DNA from: an uncultured virus (IMG/VR IMGVR_UViG_3300020166_000018)
Taxonomy: Duplodnaviria > Heunggongvirae > Uroviricota > Caudoviricetes
DNA length: 20,000 nt
IMG/VR virus record: IMGVR_UViG_3300020166_000018
Direction: 5' to 3' (one strand)
The number at the start of each line of letters is the position of its first letter. The stretch's first letter is position 1. The notes beneath the pieces were generated by a model, which did no database searches, was not told the DNA's origin, and worked only from the letters and a program-made list of their open reading frames with translations. The position numbers and the translations under genes were made by a program. This document shows, one piece after another, positions 9,017-17,262 of the stretch.

Positions 9017-11437
9017 ATGAAAGAACCAAAAGTTTTTTTTTATAATAACCACACTAGAGATTTTTACCGAGAACTCCAAAAACACCTCCCAGTTAAATTT
9101 AGGAATTTTACTGTAGGTAAATCTTGGTCGGGTCTTTCAGATGAACCCCATAATGGTGAACCTTATTTAAATGATATTGATAAAAAATTATTAGTAGAGC
9201 AAACAGTATGGGGTGATAATGATAAGTTAGTAGATCGCTCAATTTATTCTCACCACCCTAATGAATTTGAACATAATGTAAATTTGGTTTTAAATGAATC
9301 TAATCACCATTATTACTACCACAACTACCAAGGTCCTAAAATAGCGTATAATGTTTGGGAATCTACTAGACAAGAAGAAGGATTTTTTAATAAATTATTA
9401 GAATTTGATCAAATTTGGGTTCCTTCTCAATGGCAAGCAGATTGTACTATTGCTCAAGGAGCTAATCCCGATAAAGTAAAAGTAGTACCCGAAGGAGTAG
9501 ATACAAAAACCTTCTACCCAGAAGATCCCCAAACTACTTTAGATTATGTAGATGGTAGATTTAAATTTATTATCTTTGGCCGTTGGGATTATCGAAAATC
9601 TACAAAAGAGATGATTGAAACTTTCCTTAAAACTTTTGACCCATCCGAACCTGTAGACTTAATTGTTTCTATTGATAATATGTGGGGTAAAAATATGGAT
9701 GGTTTTGAAACTACAGAAGAAAGACTAGAACACTACGGATTTACTGATGAACGAATTAAAGTAAAACACTTCCCCTCTAGAGAAGATTACATTACATATT
9801 TAAAAAATGGTCATGTATTTTTATCATGTGCTAGAGCTGAAGGTTGGAATTTACCCTTAATTGAAGCTATGGCTTGTGGTACCCCATGTATCTACTCAGC
9901 TGATTCAGCTCAAATGGAATTTGCTAAAGGTAAAGGTCTACCTGTAAAAATTAAAGGTTTAAAACCTGCTAATGATGCTACATATGCTCGTTATAAAATG
10001 GCCAACAGTGATACCCCAGGTGATTACCCGGAACCTGACTTTGATGATTTAGCTCTTGTAATGCGAGATGCCTTTGAAAATTATACAGATCATAAAAAAC
10101 GTGCTCTAGAAGAATCTAAAATTATTCATAGAGATTTTAATTGGGAACGCATTGGTAAAATTGGAGCTGAAACTCTTAAAGACTTCTTAAAAAATTATAA
10201 AGAACCAAAAGATACAAACACCATAAAAGTTAACTACATAGGAGCCCCAAAGGTAGAAATTTTAGGTAATGTATCTAAATCTTATAAAGTAGAATTTATT
10301 AATCAAGAAACTAATGAAGTAATACACCAGGATACTATTACTAATGGTATGTGGACTGTCTGTAATAAAGAATATTATATCCCTTGGTTGATTAAAGTTA
10401 ATGGTAAAGAAATTTCTCGTTTAGATATTAAAAATCAAAAGATTTTAATTTCTTTAGAGTCTAAATCTATAGGCGATACTTTAGGTTGGGCACCTTACGC
10501 TATAGAATTTGCAAAAAAACATAAGTGTAAGGTTTATTTATCAACTTTTCATAATGAATGGTTTGAAGGTTTAGAATCATACAAAAATATTACATTTATC
10601 AAACCAGGCACTAATACTGAATGTGTAGCTCATTATAGAATAGGATGGTTTAAAGATAATGATAATAAATGGAATGTAGGGTCCCATAACCCTAGACAAT
10701 GTAATACTATTCCAATGCAGGCAACTGCATCTGATATTTTAGGGTTAGATTTTAAAGAAATAAATCATGGGGTTAATTTTCTCCCTAAAAAACGCCCCTT
10801 AAAGGAAAAGTATATTTGTATAGCTCCTCGTTCTACTGCTGGATGTAAAGAATGGCCACATTCTAATTGGTCTATTTTATCTAAACTTTTAAAGGGTTTA
10901 GGTTATAAAGTAATTAGTATATCTTACGAAGGATTTAAAGGTAAAGATATTATAGATAGACCAGGACTTAATTGGGAGGATACCTATAATTACCTTTATC
11001 ATGCAGAAGCCTTTATAGGGTTAAGTTCCGGTATTTCTTGGTTTAATTGGGCAATATCTTACGAAGGATTTAAAGGTAAAGATATTATAGACAGACCAGG
11101 ACTTAATTGGGAGGATACCTATAATTACCTTTATCATGCAGAAGCCTTTATAGGGTTAAGTTCCGGTATTTCTTGGTTTAATTGGGCAATGAATAAGCAT
11201 TCATTTATGATTAGTGGTTTTAGTGAAAAAGATCATGAATTTACTACAAATGTAACTCGTATTTCAAGTGATTCATGTTTTCCATGTTGGAATAATAAAA
11301 ACTTTATGTTTGATGCTGGGGATTGGAATTGGTGTCCTATTCATAAGGATACTGAACTACAACATATTTGCCAGAAATCTATCCATCCTAATCAAGTTTT
11401 TAAACAAATTAAACAACGATTAACTAGTAAAAAATAA
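9017..11437 (+). CDS. Two-domain glycosyltransferase: N-terminal GT4 + C-terminal autotransporter heptosyltransferase (TibC/Aah)-like domain
   Basis: GT4: VWES, WVPS, VVPEGVD, FGRWDYRK, EGWNLPLIEAMACG. C-half: SKSIGDTLGWAPYAIEFAKKH, YICIAPRSTAGCKEW, FIGLSSGISW, and the Cys cluster CFPCWN...WNWCP.HK...ICQKSI. Contains an in-frame 45-aa duplication. Confidence 0.8.
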   Translation: MKEPKVFFYNNHTRDFYRELQKHLPVKFRNFTVGKSWSGLSDEPHNGEPYLNDIDKKLLVEQTVWGDNDKLVDRSIYSHHPNEFEHNVNLVLNESNHHYYYHNYQGPKIAYNVWESTRQEEGFFNKLLEFDQIWVPSQWQADCTIAQGANPDKVKVVPEGVDTKTFYPEDPQTTLDYVDGRFKFIIFGRWDYRKSTKEMIETFLKTFDPSEPVDLIVSIDNMWGKNMDGFETTEERLEHYGFTDERIKVKHFPSREDYITYLKNGHVFLSCARAEGWNLPLIEAMACGTPCIYSADSAQMEFAKGKGLPVKIKGLKPANDATYARYKMANSDTPGDYPEPDFDDLALVMRDAFENYTDHKKRALEESKIIHRDFNWERIGKIGAETLKDFLKNYKEPKDTNTIKVNYIGAPKVEILGNVSKSYKVEFINQETNEVIHQDTITNGMWTVCNKEYYIPWLIKVNGKEISRLDIKNQKILISLESKSIGDTLGWAPYAIEFAKKHKCKVYLSTFHNEWFEGLESYKNITFIKPGTNTECVAHYRIGWFKDNDNKWNVGSHNPRQCNTIPMQATASDILGLDFKEINHGVNFLPKKRPLKEKYICIAPRSTAGCKEWPHSNWSILSKLLKGLGYKVISISYEGFKGKDIIDRPGLNWEDTYNYLYHAEAFIGLSSGISWFNWAISYEGFKGKDIIDRPGLNWEDTYNYLYHAEAFIGLSSGISWFNWAMNKHSFMISGFSEKDHEFTTNVTRISSDSCFPCWNNKNFMFDAGDWNWCPIHKDTELQHICQKSIHPNQVFKQIKQRLTSKK
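10919..11188 (+). repeat. Tandem direct repeat, 2 x 135 bp, in frame
   Basis: 10919-11053 and 11054-11188 are identical except a synonymous T/C (10957 vs 11092). Duplicates ISYEGFKGKDIIDRPGLNWEDTYNYLYHAEAFIGLSSGISWFNWA. Confidence 0.95.
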
Positions 11438-11441
11438 CTTA

Positions 11442-11450
11442 ATATTTATA
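11442..11450 (+). promoter_or_regulatory. ATATTTATA motif, copy 1 (putative late promoter element)
   Basis: Intergenic, ends 2 nt before ATG 11453. One of six copies ahead of consecutive genes. Confidence 0.5.
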
Positions 11451-11452
11451 AC

Positions 11453-11704
11453 ATGAATAAAATTTATTTAACAGAAGAAGAAAAAAAGGAAATTGTAGAT
11501 ATCCAAACCCAAGAGAACGATTATATGGTTCAATTAGGCCAAATTGAATATCAAATTCAATCCTTAAAATCACAAAAAATCACTATTGGAGAAAGTCTTA
11601 AACAATTTGAGCAACATAAAACAAAATTTGCTCAACAACTACAAGATAATTATGGTGAAGGTTCTATCAATATAGAAACCGGAGAATTTATAAAATCCAA
11701 TTAA
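11453..11704 (+). CDS. Small coiled-coil hypothetical protein upstream of the sheath
   Basis: Q/E/K-rich helical sequence ending LQDNYGEGSINIETGEF. ATG/TAA, fills the intergenic gap. Confidence 0.75.
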   Translation: MNKIYLTEEEKKEIVDIQTQENDYMVQLGQIEYQIQSLKSQKITIGESLKQFEQHKTKFAQQLQDNYGEGSINIETGEFIKSN

Positions 11705-11722
11705 ATTTTGAATTCTCTTCTA

Positions 11723-11731
11723 ATATTTATA
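11723..11731 (+). promoter_or_regulatory. ATATTTATA motif, copy 2
   Basis: Intergenic, upstream of sheath ATG 11755. Confidence 0.6.
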
Positions 11732-11754
11732 ACAAAACATTAACCTCCTAGGCA

Positions 11755-13494
11755 ATGGCAGAAACATTAGTATCACCTGGCGTATTAGCAAGAGAAAACG
11801 ACCAGTCATTTATCACGCAGCAACCTGTTCAAGTAGGTGCTGCCATCGTTGGTCCTACAGTAAAAGGTCCTGTAGAAATTCCTACAATAGTAACTTCATA
11901 TTCAGATTACCAAAACAGATTTGGTACTACATTTGAAAGTGGTAGTGATGAATATTCATTCATGACTAACATCGCAGCATATAACTACTTCCAAAATGGA
12001 GGTAATACTATGTTAGTAACACGTGTAGTCTCAGGTTCTTCAGATTGGGATTATGCTGAAGCAGAAATTCCAGCTTCTGGTAGTGGTACTTCATTTACAA
12101 TTGAAGCTATTGATAAAGGTATTATCTTTAACAATTCAGCATCCGATGGTGTAAACCTAATTGTTGGTGGTTCAGGATCTTTAGTAGACGGTACATCAGA
12201 TAATATTAGATGGGAAATTGCTAACTCATCTCAAGATGATGGTAATTTTACTTTATTAGTAAGACAGGGTAATGACAATGATAATAATAAAATTATTTTA
12301 GAGTCTTGGACTAACTTATCATTAGATCCTAAAGCTGATAATTACGTTGCTAAAGTAATTGGTGACCAATATTACACTTACAATAGTACAGAAAATTATA
12401 TTGAAATTACAGGTTCATATGCTAATGCCTCTAGATATATTAGAGTATCAACTGTAAATTTAAAAACACCAAATTATTTTGATAATGCAGGTAATGCTAA
12501 ATTAGCATATACAGCATCTGTACCACAAGTAGGTTCAGGTTCATATGGTGGTACTTTTGACGATGGTGATGGTAACATTATTCCATCAGGTAGAACAATG
12601 AATCTTTACGGTGACATTAACGCTACTGATACTCAAGGTTTAGTTGGTACTGATTACGATAATATGTTAGACTTATTATCAAATCAAGACGATTACCAAT
12701 TTAACTTATTAGTAACCCCAGGTTTGATTGATACAGCTCAAACTTCTCAAATGACTACTGCTTTAAACAATACTCAAATGAGAGGTGATAGTATTTACAT
12801 TATGGATTTAGTTCCTTATGCTTCCACTATTACAGCAGCAAACACACAAGCTAATGCTAGAAACTCATCATATGGTGCTGCTTACTGGCCTTGGTTACAA
12901 ACAATTGATCCAGATATGGGCGATCAAGTATGGGTACCAGCTTCGGCAATGATTCCGGGAGTATACGCGTTTAACGACAATGCCTCTGAACCATGGTTCG
13001 CTCCGGCGGGTATTAATAGAGGTGGTTTAACCACAGTAATTCGCCCAGAAAGAAAATTATCTCAAGCTAACAGAGATAGTTTATACCAGAATAAAGTTAA
13101 CCCAATTGCTTCATTCCCAGGTGTAGGAACAGTAGTATACGGTCAGAAAACATTACAACGTCAAGCTAGTGCTTTAGATAGAGTAAATGTTAGAAGATTA
13201 TTAATTGCTCTTAAATCATACATAGGTCAAACAGCTCAAACGTTAGTATTTGAACAAAATACAGCAGCTACTAGAAATAATTTCTTAGCACAAGTAAACC
13301 CATACTTAGAATCAGTAGTTCAAAGACAAGGTTTATATGCGTTTAAAGTAGTAATGGATGAAAGCAACAACACCCCAGATGTAGTAGACAGAAATCAGAT
13401 GGTAGGTGCTATTTATTTACAACCAACAAAAACAGCTGAATTTATTATCTTAGACTTTAACGTATTACCAACTGGAGCAACATTCCCTAGTTAA
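11755..13494 (+). CDS. Contractile tail sheath protein (T4 gp18-like)
   Basis: N-terminal SPGVLAREND and VGPTVKGP. C-terminal AYWPWL, PWFAPAGINRG, VNPI, GQKTLQ, ALDRVNVRRLL, VFEQN, PTKTAEFI. Confidence 0.96.
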   Translation: MAETLVSPGVLARENDQSFITQQPVQVGAAIVGPTVKGPVEIPTIVTSYSDYQNRFGTTFESGSDEYSFMTNIAAYNYFQNGGNTMLVTRVVSGSSDWDYAEAEIPASGSGTSFTIEAIDKGIIFNNSASDGVNLIVGGSGSLVDGTSDNIRWEIANSSQDDGNFTLLVRQGNDNDNNKIILESWTNLSLDPKADNYVAKVIGDQYYTYNSTENYIEITGSYANASRYIRVSTVNLKTPNYFDNAGNAKLAYTASVPQVGSGSYGGTFDDGDGNIIPSGRTMNLYGDINATDTQGLVGTDYDNMLDLLSNQDDYQFNLLVTPGLIDTAQTSQMTTALNNTQMRGDSIYIMDLVPYASTITAANTQANARNSSYGAAYWPWLQTIDPDMGDQVWVPASAMIPGVYAFNDNASEPWFAPAGINRGGLTTVIRPERKLSQANRDSLYQNKVNPIASFPGVGTVVYGQKTLQRQASALDRVNVRRLLIALKSYIGQTAQTLVFEQNTAATRNNFLAQVNPYLESVVQRQGLYAFKVVMDESNNTPDVVDRNQMVGAIYLQPTKTAEFIILDFNVLPTGATFPS

Positions 13495-13510
13495 TAGGTT
13501 TAAAAGTTAA

Positions 13511-13519
13511 ATATTTATA
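13511..13519 (+). promoter_or_regulatory. ATATTTATA motif, copy 3
   Basis: Intergenic, upstream of tube ATG 13541. Confidence 0.6.
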
Positions 13520-13540
13520 ATAGAATAAAATTAAACAACA

Positions 13541-14029
13541 ATGGCAGTATTAGATCCCAACGAAATATTCTTTACAGCATTTGAACCAAAACAACCCAAT
13601 AGGTTCATTATGTACATGGATGGGTTTCCTTCATTTATAGTAAAGGGTGTAAGTGCTGTAACTTTAACTCAAGGTTCTGTACCTTTAAATCATATTAACG
13701 TTCAACGTTTTGTTAAAGGTAAAACAGTATGGAACCCAATTACATTTACCCTTTTTGACCCAATTACACCTTCAGGTGCTCAAGCGGTAATGGAATGGGT
13801 ACGTTTACACCACGAATCAGTAACAGGTAGAGATGGTTATTCGGATTTCTATAAAAAAGATTTAACATTTAACGTATTAGGTCCTGTAGGTGATGTAATA
13901 TCTGAATGGATTATTAAAGGTGCTATGATTACATCAGCTGACTTTGGGGCTTATGGTTGGGATGATGTAGATGCTGCAGTAAACCTTACAATGGAAGTTC
14001 AACCAGATTACTGTATCTTGAATTTCTAA
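13541..14029 (+). CDS. Tail tube protein (T4 gp19-like)
   Basis: 162 aa right after the sheath. FEPKQPNRF, GKTVWNPITFTLFDPI, YKKDLTFNVLGPVGDVISEWIIKGA are typical of myophage tube proteins. Confidence 0.88.
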   Translation: MAVLDPNEIFFTAFEPKQPNRFIMYMDGFPSFIVKGVSAVTLTQGSVPLNHINVQRFVKGKTVWNPITFTLFDPITPSGAQAVMEWVRLHHESVTGRDGYSDFYKKDLTFNVLGPVGDVISEWIIKGAMITSADFGAYGWDDVDAAVNLTMEVQPDYCILNF

Positions 14030-14049
14030 AAAAAAGCAAATATTTTTGT

Positions 14050-14082
14050 AAAGAGAGCTTGGATTCGTTCAAGCTCTTTTTT
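14050..14082 (+). terminator. Rho-independent terminator after the tube gene
   Basis: Stem agagcttgga / ttcaagctct (one G-U pair) with a TTCG loop at 14064-14067, followed by a T run. Confidence 0.85.
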
Positions 14083-14088
14083 ATATTC

Positions 14089-14097
14089 ATATTTATA
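14089..14097 (+). promoter_or_regulatory. ATATTTATA motif, copy 4
   Basis: Immediately after the terminator and upstream of ATG 14127, where a re-initiating promoter would be expected. Confidence 0.65.
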
Positions 14098-14126
14098 CTC
14101 GAATAAAGTTATTATAAATAAAAGAT

Positions 14127-14852
14127 ATGGAATTTAAATTACCAACAGAAACAGTAACCCTACCATCTAAGGGTCTATTTTACTCAAAAGATAATCCACT
14201 TTCATCTGGAGAAGTTGAAATTAAATATATGACAGCAAAAGAAGAAGACATTCTTACTAATGCTAACTATATTCAAGATGGTACTGTATTAGATAAATTA
14301 ATGAAGTCACTTATAGTTAGTAAAATTAATTATAATGATCTCCTTATTGGTGATAAAAATGCTATTATGATAGCATCTCGTATTTTAGGGTATGGTAAAG
14401 ATTATAAGTTTACATACCAGGGTGAAGAACACATAGTAGATTTAAGTACCTTAGAAAATAAAGAAATAGATGATAATATTTTTACTTCTGGTGAAAATTT
14501 ATTTAACTTTACCCTCCCTACTACAAATGTAGATATTACTTTTAAATTATTGACACATGGTGATGAAGCTAAAATATCTCAAGAAATTAAAAGCCTTAAA
14601 AAAATTAATTCTAAGGTAACTGCTGATCTCACAACAAGACTTAAATACATTATTCAATCAGTAGACGGTAGTAATGAACCTAAAGATATTAGGCAATTTA
14701 TAGATAATTATCTCTTAGCCCAAGATGCCAGGGCATTAAGAAATTATATTAATGAAATTCAACCTGATGTTGACCTAACTTTTTTTCACGAACGGACTGA
14801 AAAAAGAAGTACAATTCCCATTGGACTTAACTTTTTTTGGCCTGACGTCTAA
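14127..14852 (+). CDS. Tail/baseplate-hub assembly chaperone-like protein (T4 gp26-like)
   Basis: LPSKG, IKYMTAKEEDIL, LLIGDKNAIMIASRILGYG, C-terminal IPIGLNFFWP. Lies between tube and tape measure. Confidence 0.7.
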   Translation: MEFKLPTETVTLPSKGLFYSKDNPLSSGEVEIKYMTAKEEDILTNANYIQDGTVLDKLMKSLIVSKINYNDLLIGDKNAIMIASRILGYGKDYKFTYQGEEHIVDLSTLENKEIDDNIFTSGENLFNFTLPTTNVDITFKLLTHGDEAKISQEIKSLKKINSKVTADLTTRLKYIIQSVDGSNEPKDIRQFIDNYLLAQDARALRNYINEIQPDVDLTFFHERTEKRSTIPIGLNFFWPDV

Positions 14853-15111
14853 AACTGCTCCTCAATATAGAATGAATACATTAACTGAAGTACATGATTT
14901 AGTATTTCATGGTAATGGTGGTTATATATGGAGCGATGTTTATAACATGCCTATTTATTTAAGAAGGTTTGCTCTCTCTAAAATACGAGACCATTTTGAA
15001 GCATTAAATAAAACTCAAGATGCAAAATCACCCAATTCAAAAACAGTAGTAGGTTCTGATGGAAAAGTTAAGGCCCCACAATTTAATAAACCCTCAACTA
15101 AATACAAGTAA
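14821..15111 (+). CDS. Hypothetical protein overlapping the chaperone 3' end; possible +1 frameshift extension, or independent start at ATG 14872
   Basis: The +1 frame reads FFGLTSKTAPQYRMNTLTEVHDLVFHGNGGYIWSDVYNMPIYLRRF. The overlap contains a T7 run (14832-14838). Confidence 0.65.
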   Translation: MDLTFFGLTSKTAPQYRMNTLTEVHDLVFHGNGGYIWSDVYNMPIYLRRFALSKIRDHFEALNKTQDAKSPNSKTVVGSDGKVKAPQFNKPSTKYK

Positions 15112-15126
15112 AAACATATTCTTTTA

Positions 15127-15135
15127 ATATTTATT
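15127..15135 (+). promoter_or_regulatory. ATATTTATT motif, copy 5 (variant)
   Basis: Intergenic, upstream of ATG 15151. Confidence 0.5.
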
Positions 15136-15150
15136 ACATATACATAGAAT

Positions 15151-17019
15151 ATGGCTGTAGGAGACAATTTAAATAAAGCAAATCAAGAAGCAAAAGAGTT
15201 AAATCAAGAATTAGCTCTTATAGCTGATGCTATTTCTTCTATAGGAGATTCCCTAAAAAAAGATTTTGTTGCGGAATTAGAAAAAGTAGGTGATCTTACA
15301 AAAGAGCAAAAAAATAATTTAGCAGGTACCTATTCTAAAGGTTTTAAAGAAGCAAGTAAAGCTGTAGAAGATGTAGCAGTTGCCCTAGCTAAACAAAAAG
15401 CAGGCACTCTTAAACTTTCAGAAATTCAAAAACTTCAAAATAAGTTAATTGAAATTAAAGCTAAAAAACAATTAGTTATAAACCAAGCTGATCTTTACGG
15501 TGTTAAATTAAGTGGAGAAAAGTTAACAGCATTAAACAAAGAAATAGACGCTTTAGATAAAGGTGTTGAAAAAATTAAAGATTCTAAAACTCAGTTTGGT
15601 GGTTTAGCTGCTTTAGCTGGTGAAAAATTTAAATCACTTAACCTTAATGTAAAAGATTTAGCAGGTGCTGTTTTAAAGTTTGCCATTCAAAAATTAAAAG
15701 AATTTGATACTGAAACAGTTAATATTCAACGTAATTTTGCTGTTACTAAAAAAGAGGCAATTCAAATTAACCAACAACTTGCTAGAACAGCCGTAGGAGC
15801 AAAAACTTTAGGAGTTAATTTAGAGAGTGTAACTAGGGGTGTTAATTCTTTAAATGAAGAATTAGGAGGTACTGCCCTTTTATTTACAGAAGACATTCAG
15901 GTAGGTATGGCTGAGCTTACAGACCGCCAAAAATTATCAGTTAAAGCTGCAGCATCATTTACTACCCAAGCTATCAACTCAGGTAAAGCTGTTGATACAA
16001 TTAGAGCAGAACAAGAAGCAACATTTAAAGCAGTTAAAGCCTCTACTGGTGTAGCTTTGAACTTTACCCAAACTTTAGAAGAAGCAGGACAAATTTCAGG
16101 GGCATTAAGACTTAATTTAGAAGCAACCCCCGGTGGTCTTACTGAAGCAGTGGCTCAAGCAAAATCTTTAGGTATAGAATTAGATGGTATCAAAGGTATT
16201 CAATCTAGTATTTTAGATTTTGAAACCTCTATTGCAAATGAATTAGCAGCAGAAGCTTTAATTGGTAGAGATATTAATTTAGAAAGAGCTAGATCAGCTG
16301 CCCTAAATAATGATATAGCAACATTAACCCAAGAAATTGCATCCCAATTTGGTTCAATTGAAGAATTCCAAAGTTTAAGTTTTGTTGCACAAAATGCATA
16401 TGCAAAAGCTTTAGGTATGTCTTCTGATAAATTAGCTGATCAATTAAGAACCTCAAAATCAATTAATGAACAAATAGAAACCGGTGTAGAAACTGCTGGT
16501 GATTCCCTTACTCAAAATTCTTCTGCCCTATCAGCTCAAGAAGCCTTAACTGAAAGTATAAATTCTTTAAATAGTATCTTAAAAACAAGCTTAGGACTTA
16601 TAATGGGTATAGCAACAGCTGCAGCAATACTCTTAGCAATTCCAACAGGTGGTTTATCTTTAGGTGCCCTAGGAGTAATTGGTGCTACTACAGGTGGTGC
16701 TGCTGCAGTTGCTGGAGGTGTAGGTTTAGCTGCAGGTGTTGGAACAGCAGCATTAGTAAGCGATGGTATGGCCCCTTCTTCTAAAGGTCCATTTACAATT
16801 ACAGATTCGTATGGTGCTACAGCAGTAACAACAGCAGGAGATAATGTAGTAGTTTCCCCTAACGTAAATTCTGGGGGTGGTAGTGGTATTACATCAGCAC
16901 AAGCTAATAAAATGATTTCTTTACTTGAAAAAGTTGCAAATAAAGATTTCTCTGTTAGTATGGATGGTCGTAAACTATCAGATGCTATGCAAACATCAGG
17001 AGTTTCTTATAGTAGTTAA
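15151..17019 (+). CDS. Tape measure-like protein (622 aa)
   Basis: Long Ala/Leu/Lys/Glu-rich helical protein with a Gly/Ala-rich hydrophobic segment near the C-terminus (LGLIMGIATAAAILLAIPTGG...). Canonical position after tube and chaperone. Confidence 0.75.
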   Translation: MAVGDNLNKANQEAKELNQELALIADAISSIGDSLKKDFVAELEKVGDLTKEQKNNLAGTYSKGFKEASKAVEDVAVALAKQKAGTLKLSEIQKLQNKLIEIKAKKQLVINQADLYGVKLSGEKLTALNKEIDALDKGVEKIKDSKTQFGGLAALAGEKFKSLNLNVKDLAGAVLKFAIQKLKEFDTETVNIQRNFAVTKKEAIQINQQLARTAVGAKTLGVNLESVTRGVNSLNEELGGTALLFTEDIQVGMAELTDRQKLSVKAAASFTTQAINSGKAVDTIRAEQEATFKAVKASTGVALNFTQTLEEAGQISGALRLNLEATPGGLTEAVAQAKSLGIELDGIKGIQSSILDFETSIANELAAEALIGRDINLERARSAALNNDIATLTQEIASQFGSIEEFQSLSFVAQNAYAKALGMSSDKLADQLRTSKSINEQIETGVETAGDSLTQNSSALSAQEALTESINSLNSILKTSLGLIMGIATAAAILLAIPTGGLSLGALGVIGATTGGAAAVAGGVGLAAGVGTAALVSDGMAPSSKGPFTITDSYGATAVTTAGDNVVVSPNVNSGGGSGITSAQANKMISLLEKVANKDFSVSMDGRKLSDAMQTSGVSYSS

Positions 17020-17027
17020 TATTTATA
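17019..17027 (+). promoter_or_regulatory. ATATTTATA motif, copy 6
   Basis: Overlaps the tape measure stop, upstream of ATG 17044. Confidence 0.55.
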
Positions 17028-17043
17028 ATAAAATAATATAATC

Positions 17044-17259
17044 ATGGGATTAAAAGATCAATTAGCAAACGCAGGTTCAAATTTAACACAATGGGATGGT
17101 GCAAACCCTTCAGATATGCCAGGAGCAAATCCACAATCAAGACTTCATAAAGAATATTCGATTAATGGTAATCCTAATATGTCTCAAAAACCATCACCTT
17201 CTCAATTAGATTTAGACGGGTTAACACCTCCAAAATACACAGATAACCTTCCAGGATAA
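17044..17259 (+). CDS. Hypothetical protein (71 aa), tail module
   Basis: ATG/TAA, fills the gap, preceded by the conserved motif. No function recognised. Confidence 0.75.
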   Translation: MGLKDQLANAGSNLTQWDGANPSDMPGANPQSRLHKEYSINGNPNMSQKPSPSQLDLDGLTPPKYTDNLPG

Positions 17260-17262
17260 TCT

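Noticed and set aside
1..11437. Eukaryotic or giant-virus (NCLDV) origin of the collagen/PLOD/COLGALT-like genes
   Set aside because: Intronless, operon-like overlaps and contiguity with phage sheath/tube genes of similar AT-rich codon style favour a tailed phage. A chimeric assembly cannot be excluded without reads.
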